A stretch of 64,000 nt of DNA from Pseudomonadota bacterium (lineage in GTDB: Bacteria > Pseudomonadota > Gammaproteobacteria > Pseudomonadales > JADFDG01): assembly GCA_049323295.1 (NCBI GenBank), contig JBMOON010000040.1, positions 173,188 to 237,187 on the forward strand. Direction: 5' to 3'. Of the stretch, positions 19,874 to 29,727 are shown one piece after another; the first letter of the stretch is position 1, and each line of letters begins with the position of its first letter. A model generated the notes under the pieces. That model did no database searches and had not been told where the DNA came from. It saw only the letters and a program-made list of their open reading frames with translations. Both the position numbers and the translations under genes were made by a program.

Positions 19874-20815
19874 ATGACCGACTGGCGACCGGGCGCGACA
19901 CTCGACATCCTGCGCGAGCGCGCCCGGCTCAACGCCGACCTCCGCGCTTTTTTCGCCGCGCGCGACGTTCTCGAAGTGGAGACGCCGCTGCTCTGTTCCG
20001 CCACGGCAACCGATCTGCACCTGCAGTCGTTTGTCGTGGCAGGACGCTATCTGCAGACATCGCCCGAGTTCGCGCTGAAGCGCCTGCTGGCAGCCGGGAG
20101 CGGTGCGGTGTACCAGCTCGGCAAGTCATTCCGTGCCGGCGAGAGCGGCGGCCGGCACAATCCCGAATTCACGATGCTCGAGTGGTACCGGCCGGGCTGG
20201 CCGCTGCAGCAATTGATGGGCGAAGTCGAGGCGTTGCTGCAGGCGACGCTGGGCAGCGACCGCTGTGACCGTACAACCTATCGCGCATTGTTCGAGTCGC
20301 GCTTCGGCGTCAATCCGCACGCGGCCGGTCTCCGGGCCCTGCGTGACCTCGCGACCCGCGAGACGTCCTATGGCCATGCCGGCGATCTGGATGTGGCGAC
20401 CTGCCTCGATCTCCTGTTTTCGGTCTGCATCGAGTCGACGCTGGGATACGAGCGCCCGCTGTTCGTCTCCGGCTTCCCTGCCGCGCAGGCGGCGCTGGCC
20501 CGGGTCCACGTCGACGCGGACGGCGACCGTGTTGCGGCCCGATGCGAGGTCTATGTGCGCGGCATGGAGCTGGCCAACGGCTACGACGAACTGACCGATG
20601 CGGCCGAACAGCGCCGCCGCTTTCTTGCCGACAATGAGGTTCGTCGCCGGCGCGGCCTGCCGGAGATCCCGGTCGACGAGCGACTCCTTGCCGCGCTGGC
20701 ACACGGCCTGCCGTCCTGTAGCGGGATTGCGCTGGGCGTGGACCGTTTGCTGATGCTGCGCACCGGCGTGGAAAACATCGACGAGGTGCTGGCGTTTTCT
20801 GCCGCGCGCTGCTGA
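19874..20815 (+). CDS. epmA: EF-P lysine-34 lysyltransferase EpmA (PoxA/GenX)
   Basis: Truncated class II LysRS-like protein (LEVETPLL, SPEFALKRLLAAG, FRAGESGGRHNPEFTMLEWY, GIALGVDRLLML). Immediately downstream of efp. Confidence 0.9.
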   Translation: MTDWRPGATLDILRERARLNADLRAFFAARDVLEVETPLLCSATATDLHLQSFVVAGRYLQTSPEFALKRLLAAGSGAVYQLGKSFRAGESGGRHNPEFTMLEWYRPGWPLQQLMGEVEALLQATLGSDRCDRTTYRALFESRFGVNPHAAGLRALRDLATRETSYGHAGDLDVATCLDLLFSVCIESTLGYERPLFVSGFPAAQAALARVHVDADGDRVAARCEVYVRGMELANGYDELTDAAEQRRRFLADNEVRRRRGLPEIPVDERLLAALAHGLPSCSGIALGVDRLLMLRTGVENIDEVLAFSAARC

Positions 20816-20828
20816 AAGTGCCGCCGCG

Positions 20829-21311
20829 TCAGGCGGATGATTTTTCGCGGCGCCAGGCGGCCAGCAAGGTCCACGCGATCAGCACGACCGCCAGCAGGCG
20901 GACTCCGTCGGCGAGCATCGTGTCGTAACGGATGGCATTCCAGTTGTTCAGGATGTACGACCAGTCGTGCCCCAGCCGGGGATCCATGGTCAGCGGCAAT
21001 TGTTTGGCACGCGCATCCGCCATGTAGCGGGCCACGTTCAGCAGGCTTTCGGCGAACCAGATGGCGCAAAAGGACGCGCTGTTGAATTTTTCCTGGCGCC
21101 GCATTTCAAACCAGCAGGCGGCCGGCATCAGCAGCTGCATGAACGTGCCGCCGTAGACCATCAGCCGTTCGTGAATCATGCCGAACAGCGGATGGCCGGC
21201 TTCGTGGAAGGCGAGGTTGGCGGAATCGAGCAACGGCACCCAGCCGGTAGTGGCATGGAAGGCGAGCAGGATGCCCGCCCAGAGGACCAGTCCGATCACC
21301 GCGGAAGACAT
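20829..21311 (-). CDS. Small polytopic membrane protein with an HExxH motif (HEAGH)
   Basis: Start set at MSSAVIGLVLWAGILLAF within ORF 20829..21632(-). The upstream part of the ORF is Arg-rich junk. About 4 hydrophobic segments. The HEAGHPLFG motif follows TM1. Confidence 0.55.
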   Translation of the reverse strand: MSSAVIGLVLWAGILLAFHATTGWVPLLDSANLAFHEAGHPLFGMIHERLMVYGGTFMQLLMPAACWFEMRRQEKFNSASFCAIWFAESLLNVARYMADARAKQLPLTMDPRLGHDWSYILNNWNAIRYDTMLADGVRLLAVVLIAWTLLAAWRREKSSA

Positions 21312-21334
21312 GGCCGTCGATGTGCGGCGGCAGG

Positions 21335-22192
21335 TCAGAGCAGGTCGCCGATTTGCTCGCCCATGCGCAGCGGCGAGCCGGCGCGCAGGTCGTCGCGCCA
21401 GCGGGCGACGTCTTTCGGCAACAGCACGATGGCCGTGGAGCCGACCAGGAAGCGGCCGATTTCCGCGCCCTTGGCGAACGGCGGCTGTTTGCCGGTGGCA
21501 GCGAACGACGTGGCTTCGAGCCGGCGGTGCGGCGGCGTGATCGTGCCCTGCCATACGGTGGCGATGCCGGCGACGATGATGGCGCCGACCAGCACGACCG
21601 CCATCGGACCGGCAACGGTATCGAAAACACACACCACGCGTTCGTTGCGCGCGAACAAGCCCGGTACGCCGTTGGCGGTGCGGTTGTTCACCGAAAACAG
21701 GCGGCCCGGCACGTAGATGGTTTCGCGCAGCGTGCCGGCCAGCGGCAAGTGGACGCGATGGTAGTCCTTCGGCGACAGGTAGACGGTCATGAACAGGCCG
21801 TCGCGGAACGCTGCAGCGAGGCCGGCGTCGCCACCGAGCAGCGCGCGGGCGCTGTAAGACCAGCCCTTGGCCTGCATGATCGCGTCGTTGCCGATCACGC
21901 CCAGCTCGCTGATGGCGCCGTCGGCCGGCGAGACGATGCTCTTCGCGCCGGCATCGATCGGCCGGGCGCCGTCCTTCAGCGGGCGGGTGAAGAATTCGTT
22001 GAAGGTGCGGTAGGAAGCGAGGTCGGGATTCTGCGCTTCCAGCATGTTCACGCCGTAGCGTTGCGCAAACCAGCGGATGAACGGATCGCGGACGCCCGGA
22101 TGCTCGCTGTTGGCGACCAGTCCCATCAGGCGGGAAACCAGGTGTTGCGGAATCGGGTATTGCCAGAGCGACAGCAGGCGATCGACGTTCAT
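21335..22192 (-). CDS. psd: Phosphatidylserine decarboxylase proenzyme
   Basis: 285 aa. FLVGSTAIVL contains the G-S-T self-cleavage site. N-terminus MNVDRLLSLWQYPIPQHLVSRLMG is typical of Psd. Confidence 0.93.
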   Translation of the reverse strand: MNVDRLLSLWQYPIPQHLVSRLMGLVANSEHPGVRDPFIRWFAQRYGVNMLEAQNPDLASYRTFNEFFTRPLKDGARPIDAGAKSIVSPADGAISELGVIGNDAIMQAKGWSYSARALLGGDAGLAAAFRDGLFMTVYLSPKDYHRVHLPLAGTLRETIYVPGRLFSVNNRTANGVPGLFARNERVVCVFDTVAGPMAVVLVGAIIVAGIATVWQGTITPPHRRLEATSFAATGKQPPFAKGAEIGRFLVGSTAIVLLPKDVARWRDDLRAGSPLRMGEQIGDLL

Positions 22193-22247
22193 CGGTCAGT
22201 GGATCTCTTCGGAAGCGGTGGGCGCAGCGGGCAGATCGGCGGATGGT

Positions 22248-23072
22248 TCAGACGTCGCTTTCGACCGGCAGCGACGGATCGTTGCCCCATTCGCTCCAGG
22301 AGCCGGCGTAGGCGCGCATGCGCGGGAATCCGAGCAGCGTGCCGACCAGCCAGCTCAGTCCGCTGCGGTGGTGTGTCTGGCAATGGGTGATCACTTCCTT
22401 GTCGGCGGTGATGCCCAGGTCGGCGAGCGTCGCACGCAACTGTTCGAGATCCTTCAGGCGCAGCGAGCGCGAGCGGTCCATGCATTCGATCCAGTCGAGA
22501 TTGACCGCGCCGGGGATGTGGCCGCCGCGCGCCGCCAGCGCGCGCACGCCGTGGTATTCGTCGCGCGAGCGTGCATCCCAGATCGCGAGATCGGGTTCGC
22601 CGAGGCGCCGGCGCAGGTATTCCTTGTCGACGCCGGCGTCGCCGGTGATGCGGGCGACGTAGCGGCTCGGGTCCGCCTCGTTGGCATCCTGTTCGACCGG
22701 CAGTCCGGCGGCCAGCCAGGCGTGGATGCCGCCGTCGAGATACGACCATTTCGTGTGCCCGACCATGGCCAGCAGCCAGAGAAAGCGGCCGGCCCAGCCG
22801 CCGCCCTCGTCGTCGTAGGCCACGACGTGCATGTCCGGCGTCAGGCCGATGCCGGACAGCAGTGCGCCCAGCGCGTCGACGCCCGGCAGCGCACCGGGCG
22901 CCGGCAGTGTGCCGGCCTGTGTGAGCCGGAAGTCGACATGCACGGCGCCGGGTACGTGCGCCTGGGCATAGACGCGGGCCTGCGAGAGGTCGACCACCCG
23001 CACGCCGTCCGCCTGCAGATGCGGCGCGAATTCTTCCGGCGCGATCAGTTTCGGCAGGGCGGGGGCGGCCAT
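22248..23072 (-). CDS. rhdA: Thiosulfate sulfurtransferase (tandem rhodanese, RhdA type)
   Basis: The active-site loop HCQTHHRSG is identical to that of Azotobacter vinelandii RhdA. YDDEGGGWAGRF is also shared. I chose the third Met (MAAPALP, 23072) because GGAG lies 6 nt upstream of it. The ORF extends to 23084. Confidence 0.85.
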   Translation of the reverse strand: MAAPALPKLIAPEEFAPHLQADGVRVVDLSQARVYAQAHVPGAVHVDFRLTQAGTLPAPGALPGVDALGALLSGIGLTPDMHVVAYDDEGGGWAGRFLWLLAMVGHTKWSYLDGGIHAWLAAGLPVEQDANEADPSRYVARITGDAGVDKEYLRRRLGEPDLAIWDARSRDEYHGVRALAARGGHIPGAVNLDWIECMDRSRSLRLKDLEQLRATLADLGITADKEVITHCQTHHRSGLSWLVGTLLGFPRMRAYAGSWSEWGNDPSLPVESDV

Positions 23073-23121
23073 GTTCATCTCCATATGCCGTGGTGTCGCG
23101 GTCTGGTGACAGTTCGCGCGG

Positions 23122-23127
23122 ATTCTA
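23122..23127 (-). promoter_or_regulatory. Candidate -10 element (TAGAAT) for rhdA
   Basis: The minus strand reads gcgcTAGAATccgcgcg, about 40-50 nt upstream of the rhdA start and just after the rsgA stop. Confidence 0.3.
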
Positions 23128-23135
23128 GCGCAGGT

Positions 23136-24185
23136 TCACGGCCGGATATCGGGGGCGTCCCGCAGGCTGTCGCGGATCCGCAGGAAGTTTTCCAGTCGTT
23201 CCGTCGCCAGCTCGCCGCGCTCGGCTGCCGCACGCAGGGCGCATCCGGGTTCCTTCAGGTGCCGGCAATCGCGGAAGCGGCATTGCCCCTGCCACGGACG
23301 GAAGTCGATCCACGCTGCCTCCAGCTGCGCTTCGTCGATGTGCCACAGCTGGAATTCGCGCACACCCGGCGAGTCGATCAGGTCGCCGGCGGGCGTGCCG
23401 TCGGTCGTCGGCAGGTGGAACAGGCGGGCGGCGGTCGTCGTGTGCTGTCCGAGCCCGGATACCGGGCTCACTTCCCGGGTGGCCAGCGCGGCATCCGGCA
23501 GCAGTGCGTTGACCAGCGACGACTTGCCCACGCCTGACTGGCCGACGAACACGCAGGTCCGCCCGCGCAGGAAGTCGCGCAGTTCGTCCAGGCCGTCGGC
23601 CGTGCGTGAAGAGCAATGCAGCACGCGGTAGCCGGTCCGGCGGTACAGCGCCGTCAGGCGTTCGGCCTCGGCATGGCCGGGGGTTGCGGTCAGGTCGCTC
23701 TTGTTCAGCAATAGCACCGGCGACAGCCGGCTGTGCTCGGCGGCGGCGAGGTAACGGTCGAGGAGTGCGGATGAGGGTGCCGGCAGCGGTGCGAAGACGA
23801 CGATCGCGTGGTCGATGTTGGCAGCCACGGTTTTCAGCTTGCCGTAGTTGTCCGGCCGCTGCAGTTCGCTGCGCCGCGGCAGCAGCGCCACCACCACACC
23901 GCCGTCCGCCTCGCCTTCGACCCGCGACGGCGAGCGGCGCCAGACAACCCGGTCGCCGCTGACCGGGTTGTCGAGATTCGTGCGCAGCCGGCAGCGCAGG
24001 ATCGCACTGCGGTCGGCCGTCTCGACGTCGATGTGGCTGCCGAACCGGGTGATCACCGTGCCTTCTTCTTCCGGCCCGAGCTGCGCATCGTCGCTGTCGT
24101 CACGTGCGGCGAGGCGCTCGATCCGGCGGGTCTGCTGGGCTTGTACGCGTTCGCGTTGCTGGCGGGTGAGTCGGCGGCCGGACAT
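23136..24185 (-). CDS. rsgA: Ribosome small-subunit-dependent GTPase A
   Basis: Circularly permuted GTPase (NKSDL .. [10 protein letters not shown]) with a C-terminal Zn-finger ([16 protein letters not shown]). Confidence 0.92.
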   Translation of the reverse strand: MSGRRLTRQQRERVQAQQTRRIERLAARDDSDDAQLGPEEEGTVITRFGSHIDVETADRSAILRCRLRTNLDNPVSGDRVVWRRSPSRVEGEADGGVVVALLPRRSELQRPDNYGKLKTVAANIDHAIVVFAPLPAPSSALLDRYLAAAEHSRLSPVLLLNKSDLTATPGHAEAERLTALYRRTGYRVLHCSSRTADGLDELRDFLRGRTCVFVGQSGVGKSSLVNALLPDAALATREVSPVSGLGQHTTTAARLFHLPTTDGTPAGDLIDSPGVREFQLWHIDEAQLEAAWIDFRPWQGQCRFRDCRHLKEPGCALRAAAERGELATERLENFLRIRDSLRDAPDIRP

Positions 24186-24352
24186 CCGGTTCTCCGCGGC
24201 GGGCGCCGCTGTTCGGGATCGGCGGCAGGTTAGCCTCTGCTATGATCCCCGGCAATTGTCGGGTTTGCCCGCGAACCGACCGCATGCGGGCATCGGCGCG
24301 GGCGATGCGGAACAGCCGTGACAAGACCGCAGGACGAACGGAGCTGACAGGC

Positions 24353-24934
24353 ATGGGCGCGCGCAACGGCAACCTGATCTGGATCGACCTCGAAATGACG
24401 GGTCTGAATCCGGACACCGACCGCATCATCGAGATCGCGACCATCGTCACCGATCCGTTCCTCAACATCGTGGCCGAGGGGCCGGTGTTTGCCATCCACC
24501 AGAAGGACATCGTGCTCAACGCGATGGACGAATGGAACACGCGGCAGCACGGCGGCAGCGGTCTGGTCGACCGGGTTAAGCGCTCGACGGTCGATGAAGC
24601 GAAGGCCGAGGAGGCGACCATTGAATTCCTGCGCCAGTTCGTCGAGCCGGGCAGCAGCCCGATCTGCGGCAACAGCATCTGCCAGGACCGGCGTTTTCTC
24701 TGGCGCTACATGCCGAAACTGGAAGCCTATTTCCATTACCGGAACCTCGACGTCAGTTCGGTGAAAGAGCTGGCTGCGCGCTGGTACCCGGAATTGCTGA
24801 GAGGCATGACGGCCAAGCGCAGCACGCATCTGGCGCTCGACGACATCCGCGACTCGATCAACGAGTTGCGCTATTACCGCGATCATTTCTTCCGCATTCC
24901 GGAGCCGGAAGAAGAAACCGACGACGACGAGTGA
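24353..24934 (+). CDS. orn: Oligoribonuclease
   Basis: [28 protein letters not shown] DEDDh exonuclease motif. Start set at MGARNGN (24353) within ORF 24242..24934. Confidence 0.93.
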   Translation: MGARNGNLIWIDLEMTGLNPDTDRIIEIATIVTDPFLNIVAEGPVFAIHQKDIVLNAMDEWNTRQHGGSGLVDRVKRSTVDEAKAEEATIEFLRQFVEPGSSPICGNSICQDRRFLWRYMPKLEAYFHYRNLDVSSVKELAARWYPELLRGMTAKRSTHLALDDIRDSINELRYYRDHFFRIPEPEEETDDDE

Positions 24935-24941
24935 GTCGCCG

Positions 24942-26009
24942 TCAGCCGGCGGCCAGTTGCCGGGCCAGCGCCCAGGCGACGTGTTCGCGCACCAGCGCCG
25001 ACGGATCGTTCTCCCGCGCGCGCAGCGCCGCCAGCACGTCCGGCGAGCGTGGTGCGTTGCCGAGCCCGACCGCCACGTTGCGCAGGAACAGTTCGTAGCC
25101 CGCCCGCCGCAGCGCGGAGCCTTCGGTGTGACGCAGGAAGGTCGCTTCGTCCCAGCCGAAACAGTCGACGAGGGATACGCGGTCGAGGCCGTGCCGTGCG
25201 TGGAAATCGCCTTCGCGGGTGACCTTCGCGTAACGGTTCCACGGACATACCAGCTGGCAGTCGTCGCAACCGAACACGCGGTTGCCGATCGGTACGCGCA
25301 ATTCTTCCGGGATGCTCCCGGTCCACTCGATGGTGAGATAGGAAATGCAGCGTCGTGCATCGACGCGGTAGGGCGCGACGATCGCCTGTGTCGGGCAGAT
25401 GTCGAGGCAGGCGCGGCAGGTGCCGCAGTGCGCTGTCGGCGGCGCATCCACCGGCAGCGGCAGATCGGTGAGGAAGCCGCCGAGGAAAAACCAGCTGCCG
25501 GCTTCGCGATTGATCAACAGCGAATGCTTGCCGATCCAGCCGAGCCCGCCCTTTTCGGCCAGCGCCTTTTCCAGCACCGGCGCGCTATCGGTGAACACGC
25601 GGTAGCCGTGCGGGCCGGCGTCTTCCTTGAGTTTCTCCGCCAGTTTCGCCACGCGATTGCGCACCGTGCGGTGATAGTCGCGGCCCAGCGCGTAGCGCGA
25701 GACATAGGCGCGGCTGCGGTCGCCCAGCGTTTCGGCGATGCGCGCTTCCGGCGGCAGGTAGTCCATGCGCACCAGTACCGCGCGCAGCGCGCCGGGCGAT
25801 AATTGTTGCGGATCGCGACGCAGCGGCAGCTGCTCGGCAAACCAGGTCATGTCGCCGTGGAAGCCGTCGGCCAGCCAGCGCTCAAGGTGCGCCAGGTGCT
25901 CGTCGAGCGCGAGGTCGGCGATGCCGGCCTGCTGGAACCCGAGCTCGCGCGCCTGCAGTTTCAGCCGGTCGGCGATGGCCTGCAGGTCCGGCGCGGCATG
26001 CGCCGTCAT
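24942..26009 (-). CDS. queG: Epoxyqueuosine reductase QueG
   Basis: CGTCRACLDICPTQAI and CDDCQLVCPWN ferredoxin-type clusters. HEAT-like C-terminus. 355 aa. Confidence 0.9.
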   Translation of the reverse strand: MTAHAAPDLQAIADRLKLQARELGFQQAGIADLALDEHLAHLERWLADGFHGDMTWFAEQLPLRRDPQQLSPGALRAVLVRMDYLPPEARIAETLGDRSRAYVSRYALGRDYHRTVRNRVAKLAEKLKEDAGPHGYRVFTDSAPVLEKALAEKGGLGWIGKHSLLINREAGSWFFLGGFLTDLPLPVDAPPTAHCGTCRACLDICPTQAIVAPYRVDARRCISYLTIEWTGSIPEELRVPIGNRVFGCDDCQLVCPWNRYAKVTREGDFHARHGLDRVSLVDCFGWDEATFLRHTEGSALRRAGYELFLRNVAVGLGNAPRSPDVLAALRARENDPSALVREHVAWALARQLAAG

Positions 26010-26024
26010 GGCGGGCAGTCCCCG

Positions 26025-26030
26025 TATAAT
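26025..26030 (+). promoter_or_regulatory. Candidate -10 element (TATAAT) for the nnr-tsaE-amiB operon
   Basis: A perfect TATAAT lies 28 nt upstream of the nnr ATG in the queG/nnr divergent region. I saw no good -35. Confidence 0.3.
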
Positions 26031-26057
26031 GCGGCGATTGTTCGCCGGAGACCGCGC

Positions 26058-27602
26058 ATGACCCCGGGATCACCGTTGCCCCGTGCCCTGTATCGCGCCG
26101 ACGAGGTGCGGGCGCTGGATGCGTGCGCGATCGGGAAGTTCGGCATTCCGGGCATGACGCTCATGGAGCGGGCGGGGCAGGCGGCGTTCGGGATCATACA
26201 AAGGCGCTGGCCGCGCGCCCAGCGCATCGTCGTGTTCTGTGGCGGCGGCAACAACGGCGGCGACGGTTACGTGGTGGCTTCGCTGGCCCGGCGTGCCGGC
26301 AAGGACGTCACGGTCGTGCATGTCGGCGCCCGCGATGCGCTCCGCGGCGATGCGCGTACGGCGATGGAGCAGGCGGTGGCGGCCCGGGTGCCGATGGTCG
26401 ATGCGCTGGACCCGGCCGTGCAGCCGGACCGCGACATGCTCGGCGGCCCGGTCGATCTGGTGGTCGATGCCCTGCTGGGTACCGGCCTGCGCACGCCGGT
26501 GCGCGCCGACTATCTCGGCGCCATCGAAACGCTCAATGCCAGCGGCGCGCCGGTGCTGGCCATCGATCTGCCGTCCGGTCTGTGTGCCGACAGCGGCATC
26601 CAGTTCGGCTCGGCCGTGCGCGCCGATGCCACCGTCACCTTCATCGGGCTCAAGCGCGGCCTGTTCACCGGTCGTGGCCCGGCGCTGTGCGGCGACGTGT
26701 ATTTCGACGACCTGCGCGTGCCGCCGGCGGTGCAGGAACAGGTGGCGGCGCAGGCCGAACGCCTCGATGCCTCGCTGGTCGACGAGCTGCTCGCGCCGCG
26801 CGCCCGCGATGCGCACAAGGGACGTTTCGGCCATGTGCTGGTGATCGGCGGCGACCACGGGTTTGCCGGGGCGGCCCTGCTGGCGGCGGAAGCCGCTGCC
26901 CGCAGCGGCGCCGGCCTGGTGTCGGTGGCGACGCGTCCGGAGCACGTGACGGCGTTCGTTACCCGCCGGCCGGAGCTGATGGTGCGCGCCGTGACGCAAC
27001 CGGCGGCGCTGGAGCCGCTGCTGGCACGCGCCACGGTGGCGGTGGTCGGTCCGGGGCTCGGCACCGAGGCCTGGGGACGCAGCCTGCTGGCGTGCGCGCT
27101 GCAGTCGCGGCTGCCGCTGGTGCTCGATGCCGATGCGCTCAACCTGATTGCCGCCGGGGCGCCGGACGCCTTCGCGGCACGCCGCCGCGATCCGCAGTGG
27201 GTGCTGACGCCGCATCCGGGCGAAGCCGGCCGGCTGCTCGGCGTCGACAGCGCGGCCATCCAGGCCGACCGGTTCCGCCGCGTGCGCGAGCTGCAGTCGC
27301 GCTTCGGCGGCACCGTGTTGCTGAAGGGCGCCGGCACCCTGATCGACAGCGGCGACGGCCGCCCGGTCTCGGTGGCGGCGGTCGGCAATCCCGGCATGGC
27401 CAGCGGCGGCATGGGCGATGTGCTGTCCGGCGTGATCGGCGCGCTGCTGGCCCAGGGCCTGTCGCCGGCGGATGCGGCCCGGCTCGGCGCGGTGGTGCAC
27501 GGCGCGGCGGCGGACCGCTGCGCCGCCCGGCACGGCGAGCGCGGCCTGCTGGCCGGCGACCTGTTCGAACCCCTGCGCGAGTTGCTCAATGGGCGCCGGT
27601 AG
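26058..27602 (+). CDS. nnr: Bifunctional NAD(P)H-hydrate repair enzyme Nnr (YjeF: epimerase/dehydratase)
   Basis: N-terminal YjeF_N (FCGGGNNGGDGYV) and C-terminal carbohydrate-kinase-like domain (GNPGMASGGMGDVLSG). Start set at MTPGSPLPRALYRADEVR (26058). Confidence 0.9.
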   Translation: MTPGSPLPRALYRADEVRALDACAIGKFGIPGMTLMERAGQAAFGIIQRRWPRAQRIVVFCGGGNNGGDGYVVASLARRAGKDVTVVHVGARDALRGDARTAMEQAVAARVPMVDALDPAVQPDRDMLGGPVDLVVDALLGTGLRTPVRADYLGAIETLNASGAPVLAIDLPSGLCADSGIQFGSAVRADATVTFIGLKRGLFTGRGPALCGDVYFDDLRVPPAVQEQVAAQAERLDASLVDELLAPRARDAHKGRFGHVLVIGGDHGFAGAALLAAEAAARSGAGLVSVATRPEHVTAFVTRRPELMVRAVTQPAALEPLLARATVAVVGPGLGTEAWGRSLLACALQSRLPLVLDADALNLIAAGAPDAFAARRRDPQWVLTPHPGEAGRLLGVDSAAIQADRFRRVRELQSRFGGTVLLKGAGTLIDSGDGRPVSVAAVGNPGMASGGMGDVLSGVIGALLAQGLSPADAARLGAVVHGAAADRCAARHGERGLLAGDLFEPLRELLNGRR

Positions 27603-28092
27603 GACGCCGGTGTTGCGCACGCTGGCCGATGTCGACGCGACCATCGCTTTCGGCGCCGCGCTGGCCCGGGCCCTGACGGCCGGCGAACGCGCCGCGGGCG
27701 CCTCGCTCTGGCTGGAAGGCGATCTGGGCGCCGGCAAGACGACCCTGGTGCGCGGCCTGCTGCGCGGGCTCGGTCACCAGGGCAGCGTGAAAAGCCCGAC
27801 CTATACGCTGGTCGAACCGTACGACGTCGCGGCCGGCAGGCTGTACCATCTCGACCTGTATCGCCTGCGCGATCCGGAAGAACTCGAGTTTCTCGGCGTG
27901 CGGGACCTGGCGCGGGAACTCGCCGACGGCGCGACGGTCGTGGTGGAGTGGCCGGCACGTGGTGCCGGGTTCCTGCCGGCACCGGACCTGGTGATCGAAC
28001 TGGTACCGCAGGATGCCGGTCGCTGTGTACGTCTCGAGGCGCGCAGCGCGCGCGGTGTCGATTTGCTGGATTTTCTGGAAACGGCTGCCTGA
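27589..28092 (+). CDS. tsaE: tRNA t6A37 biosynthesis ATPase TsaE (YjeE)
   Basis: LEGDLGAGKTTLVRGLLRGLG Walker A and KSPTYTLVEPY. The start is ambiguous (ATG 27589 or GTG 27610). The stop overlaps the amiB ATG. Confidence 0.85.
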   Translation: MGAGRTPVLRTLADVDATIAFGAALARALTAGERAAGASLWLEGDLGAGKTTLVRGLLRGLGHQGSVKSPTYTLVEPYDVAAGRLYHLDLYRLRDPEELEFLGVRDLARELADGATVVVEWPARGAGFLPAPDLVIELVPQDAGRCVRLEARSARGVDLLDFLETAA

Positions 28093-29693
28093 TGCCCGGA
28101 TTGATGTCATCGCTGTCCCGGACTGCCGTGCGCTGGCTGATTGCCGCGCTGCTGCTGGCGGCCGCGTCGTTTGCGCACGCGCTGGTGGCCATCGACGGCG
28201 TGCGCGCCTATCGCGCGCCGGAATACACCCGCTTCGTGTTCGACGTGTCGGCGACGCCGCAGTACCAGGTGTTGCCGGACGTCGCGCCCGGCCGGGTGGT
28301 GATCGATTTCCGCGGCGCCGAACTGAAGGCGAAACTGGAGAGCGTCGACCTGCAGGGCAGTCCGGTACAGCGGGTGCGCAGCGGATTGCAGGCCGACGGC
28401 ACCATCCGGGTGGTGTTCGATCTCTCGGTGGCGGTGCGCGTCAACAGCTTTGCGCTGCAGCCGAACGAACAGTATGGCCACCGGCTGGTGATCGACCTTT
28501 ACGACATCGCCGTCGAGCAGAAAGCGAAAACCGTCGAGGATTTCGTCGACCGCAGCACCGGCCCGCGCAAGATCGTGGTGGCCATCGATGCCGGTCACGG
28601 CGGCGAGGATCCGGGCGCGCGCGGTCCGCAGGGCACGCGGGAAAAAGACGTGGTTCTGGCGATCGCCCGCGCGGTGCGCGACCTGATGAAGGACGACCCC
28701 GGCATGCAGCCGGTGCTGATCCGCGACGGCGACTACTACGTCGGCCTCAAGGAGCGGCGGACGCTCGCCCGTCGCCGGCACAACGCCGATCTGTTCGTCT
28801 CCATCCATGCCGATGCCTTTACCCGCCGCTCGGCGCGCGGCGCCAGCGTGTTCGCGGTGTCGCGGCGCGGCGCCACCAGCAACACGGCGGCCTATCTGGC
28901 GGAAGCGGAAAACCGTGCCGACCAGGTGGGCGGCATCGATCCGCAGGCGGACAACGACGTGGTGAGCGTGATCTCCGACCTGATCATGGAAGGCACGATG
29001 AGCCACAGCCTGCACCTCGGCCGCAGCGTGCTCGACGAGCTCGGCGGTTTTGCGCGACTGCACAAGGGATCCGTCGAGCAGGCCGGCTTCATGGTGCTCA
29101 AGGAACCGAACATGCCGTCGATCCTTGTCGAGACCGGTTTCATCTCGAATCCGGAGGAAGAGCGGCTGCTGCGTTCGCCGGCCTACCAGCAGAAACTGGC
29201 GAAGGCGGTGGTCGGCGGCGTGCGCAGTTATTTCAGCCGCTATCCGCCGCCGGGCACCTGGTTCGCCGCCCATCGCGACGGCAATCGCACGTCGGCGAAA
29301 CCGCTGGCCGCCGTGACGGCCCCGGCGACTGCGCCGGCGGCGGCCGCGGTGCGTGTTCCGGATTCGCCGCTTGCCGACCCGGCGGTGGACAAGGCCGTCG
29401 CCGAACTTGCCGGCCGTCCGTCTGCCGACCCGGCGGCGATGCCCGCCGTGCTGGTCGCGCCGTCGGCCGCCCGGCCCGCGGCGACGACCGTGAAAACCGT
29501 GCGCAAGGGCGAGCCGTCGAAACCGTCGGCGCGACGCGAATCGGCCTATATCCTGCACAAGGTCGGTCGCGGTCAGAGTCTGGGCTTCCTGGCGCAGAAA
29601 TACGGCGTCAGCCAGCGTGCGATCCGCGAGGCGAACAACCTGCGCCGTACCGATCTGTACATCGGCGAAACGTTGAAGATTCCCCGCCGCTGA
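28092..29693 (+). CDS. amiB: N-acetylmuramoyl-L-alanine amidase (AMIN domain, amidase_3, C-terminal LysM)
   Basis: Signal peptide and AMIN domain ([14 protein letters not shown]). Catalytic domain ([34 protein letters not shown]). Ala/Pro linker. LysM ([32 protein letters not shown]). Confidence 0.88.
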   Translation: MPGLMSSLSRTAVRWLIAALLLAAASFAHALVAIDGVRAYRAPEYTRFVFDVSATPQYQVLPDVAPGRVVIDFRGAELKAKLESVDLQGSPVQRVRSGLQADGTIRVVFDLSVAVRVNSFALQPNEQYGHRLVIDLYDIAVEQKAKTVEDFVDRSTGPRKIVVAIDAGHGGEDPGARGPQGTREKDVVLAIARAVRDLMKDDPGMQPVLIRDGDYYVGLKERRTLARRRHNADLFVSIHADAFTRRSARGASVFAVSRRGATSNTAAYLAEAENRADQVGGIDPQADNDVVSVISDLIMEGTMSHSLHLGRSVLDELGGFARLHKGSVEQAGFMVLKEPNMPSILVETGFISNPEEERLLRSPAYQQKLAKAVVGGVRSYFSRYPPPGTWFAAHRDGNRTSAKPLAAVTAPATAPAAAAVRVPDSPLADPAVDKAVAELAGRPSADPAAMPAVLVAPSAARPAATTVKTVRKGEPSKPSARRESAYILHKVGRGQSLGFLAQKYGVSQRAIREANNLRRTDLYIGETLKIPRR

Positions 29694-29727
29694 GATTCCG
29701 GAACCCCCGCCGCATGAGTTGCCCGCC

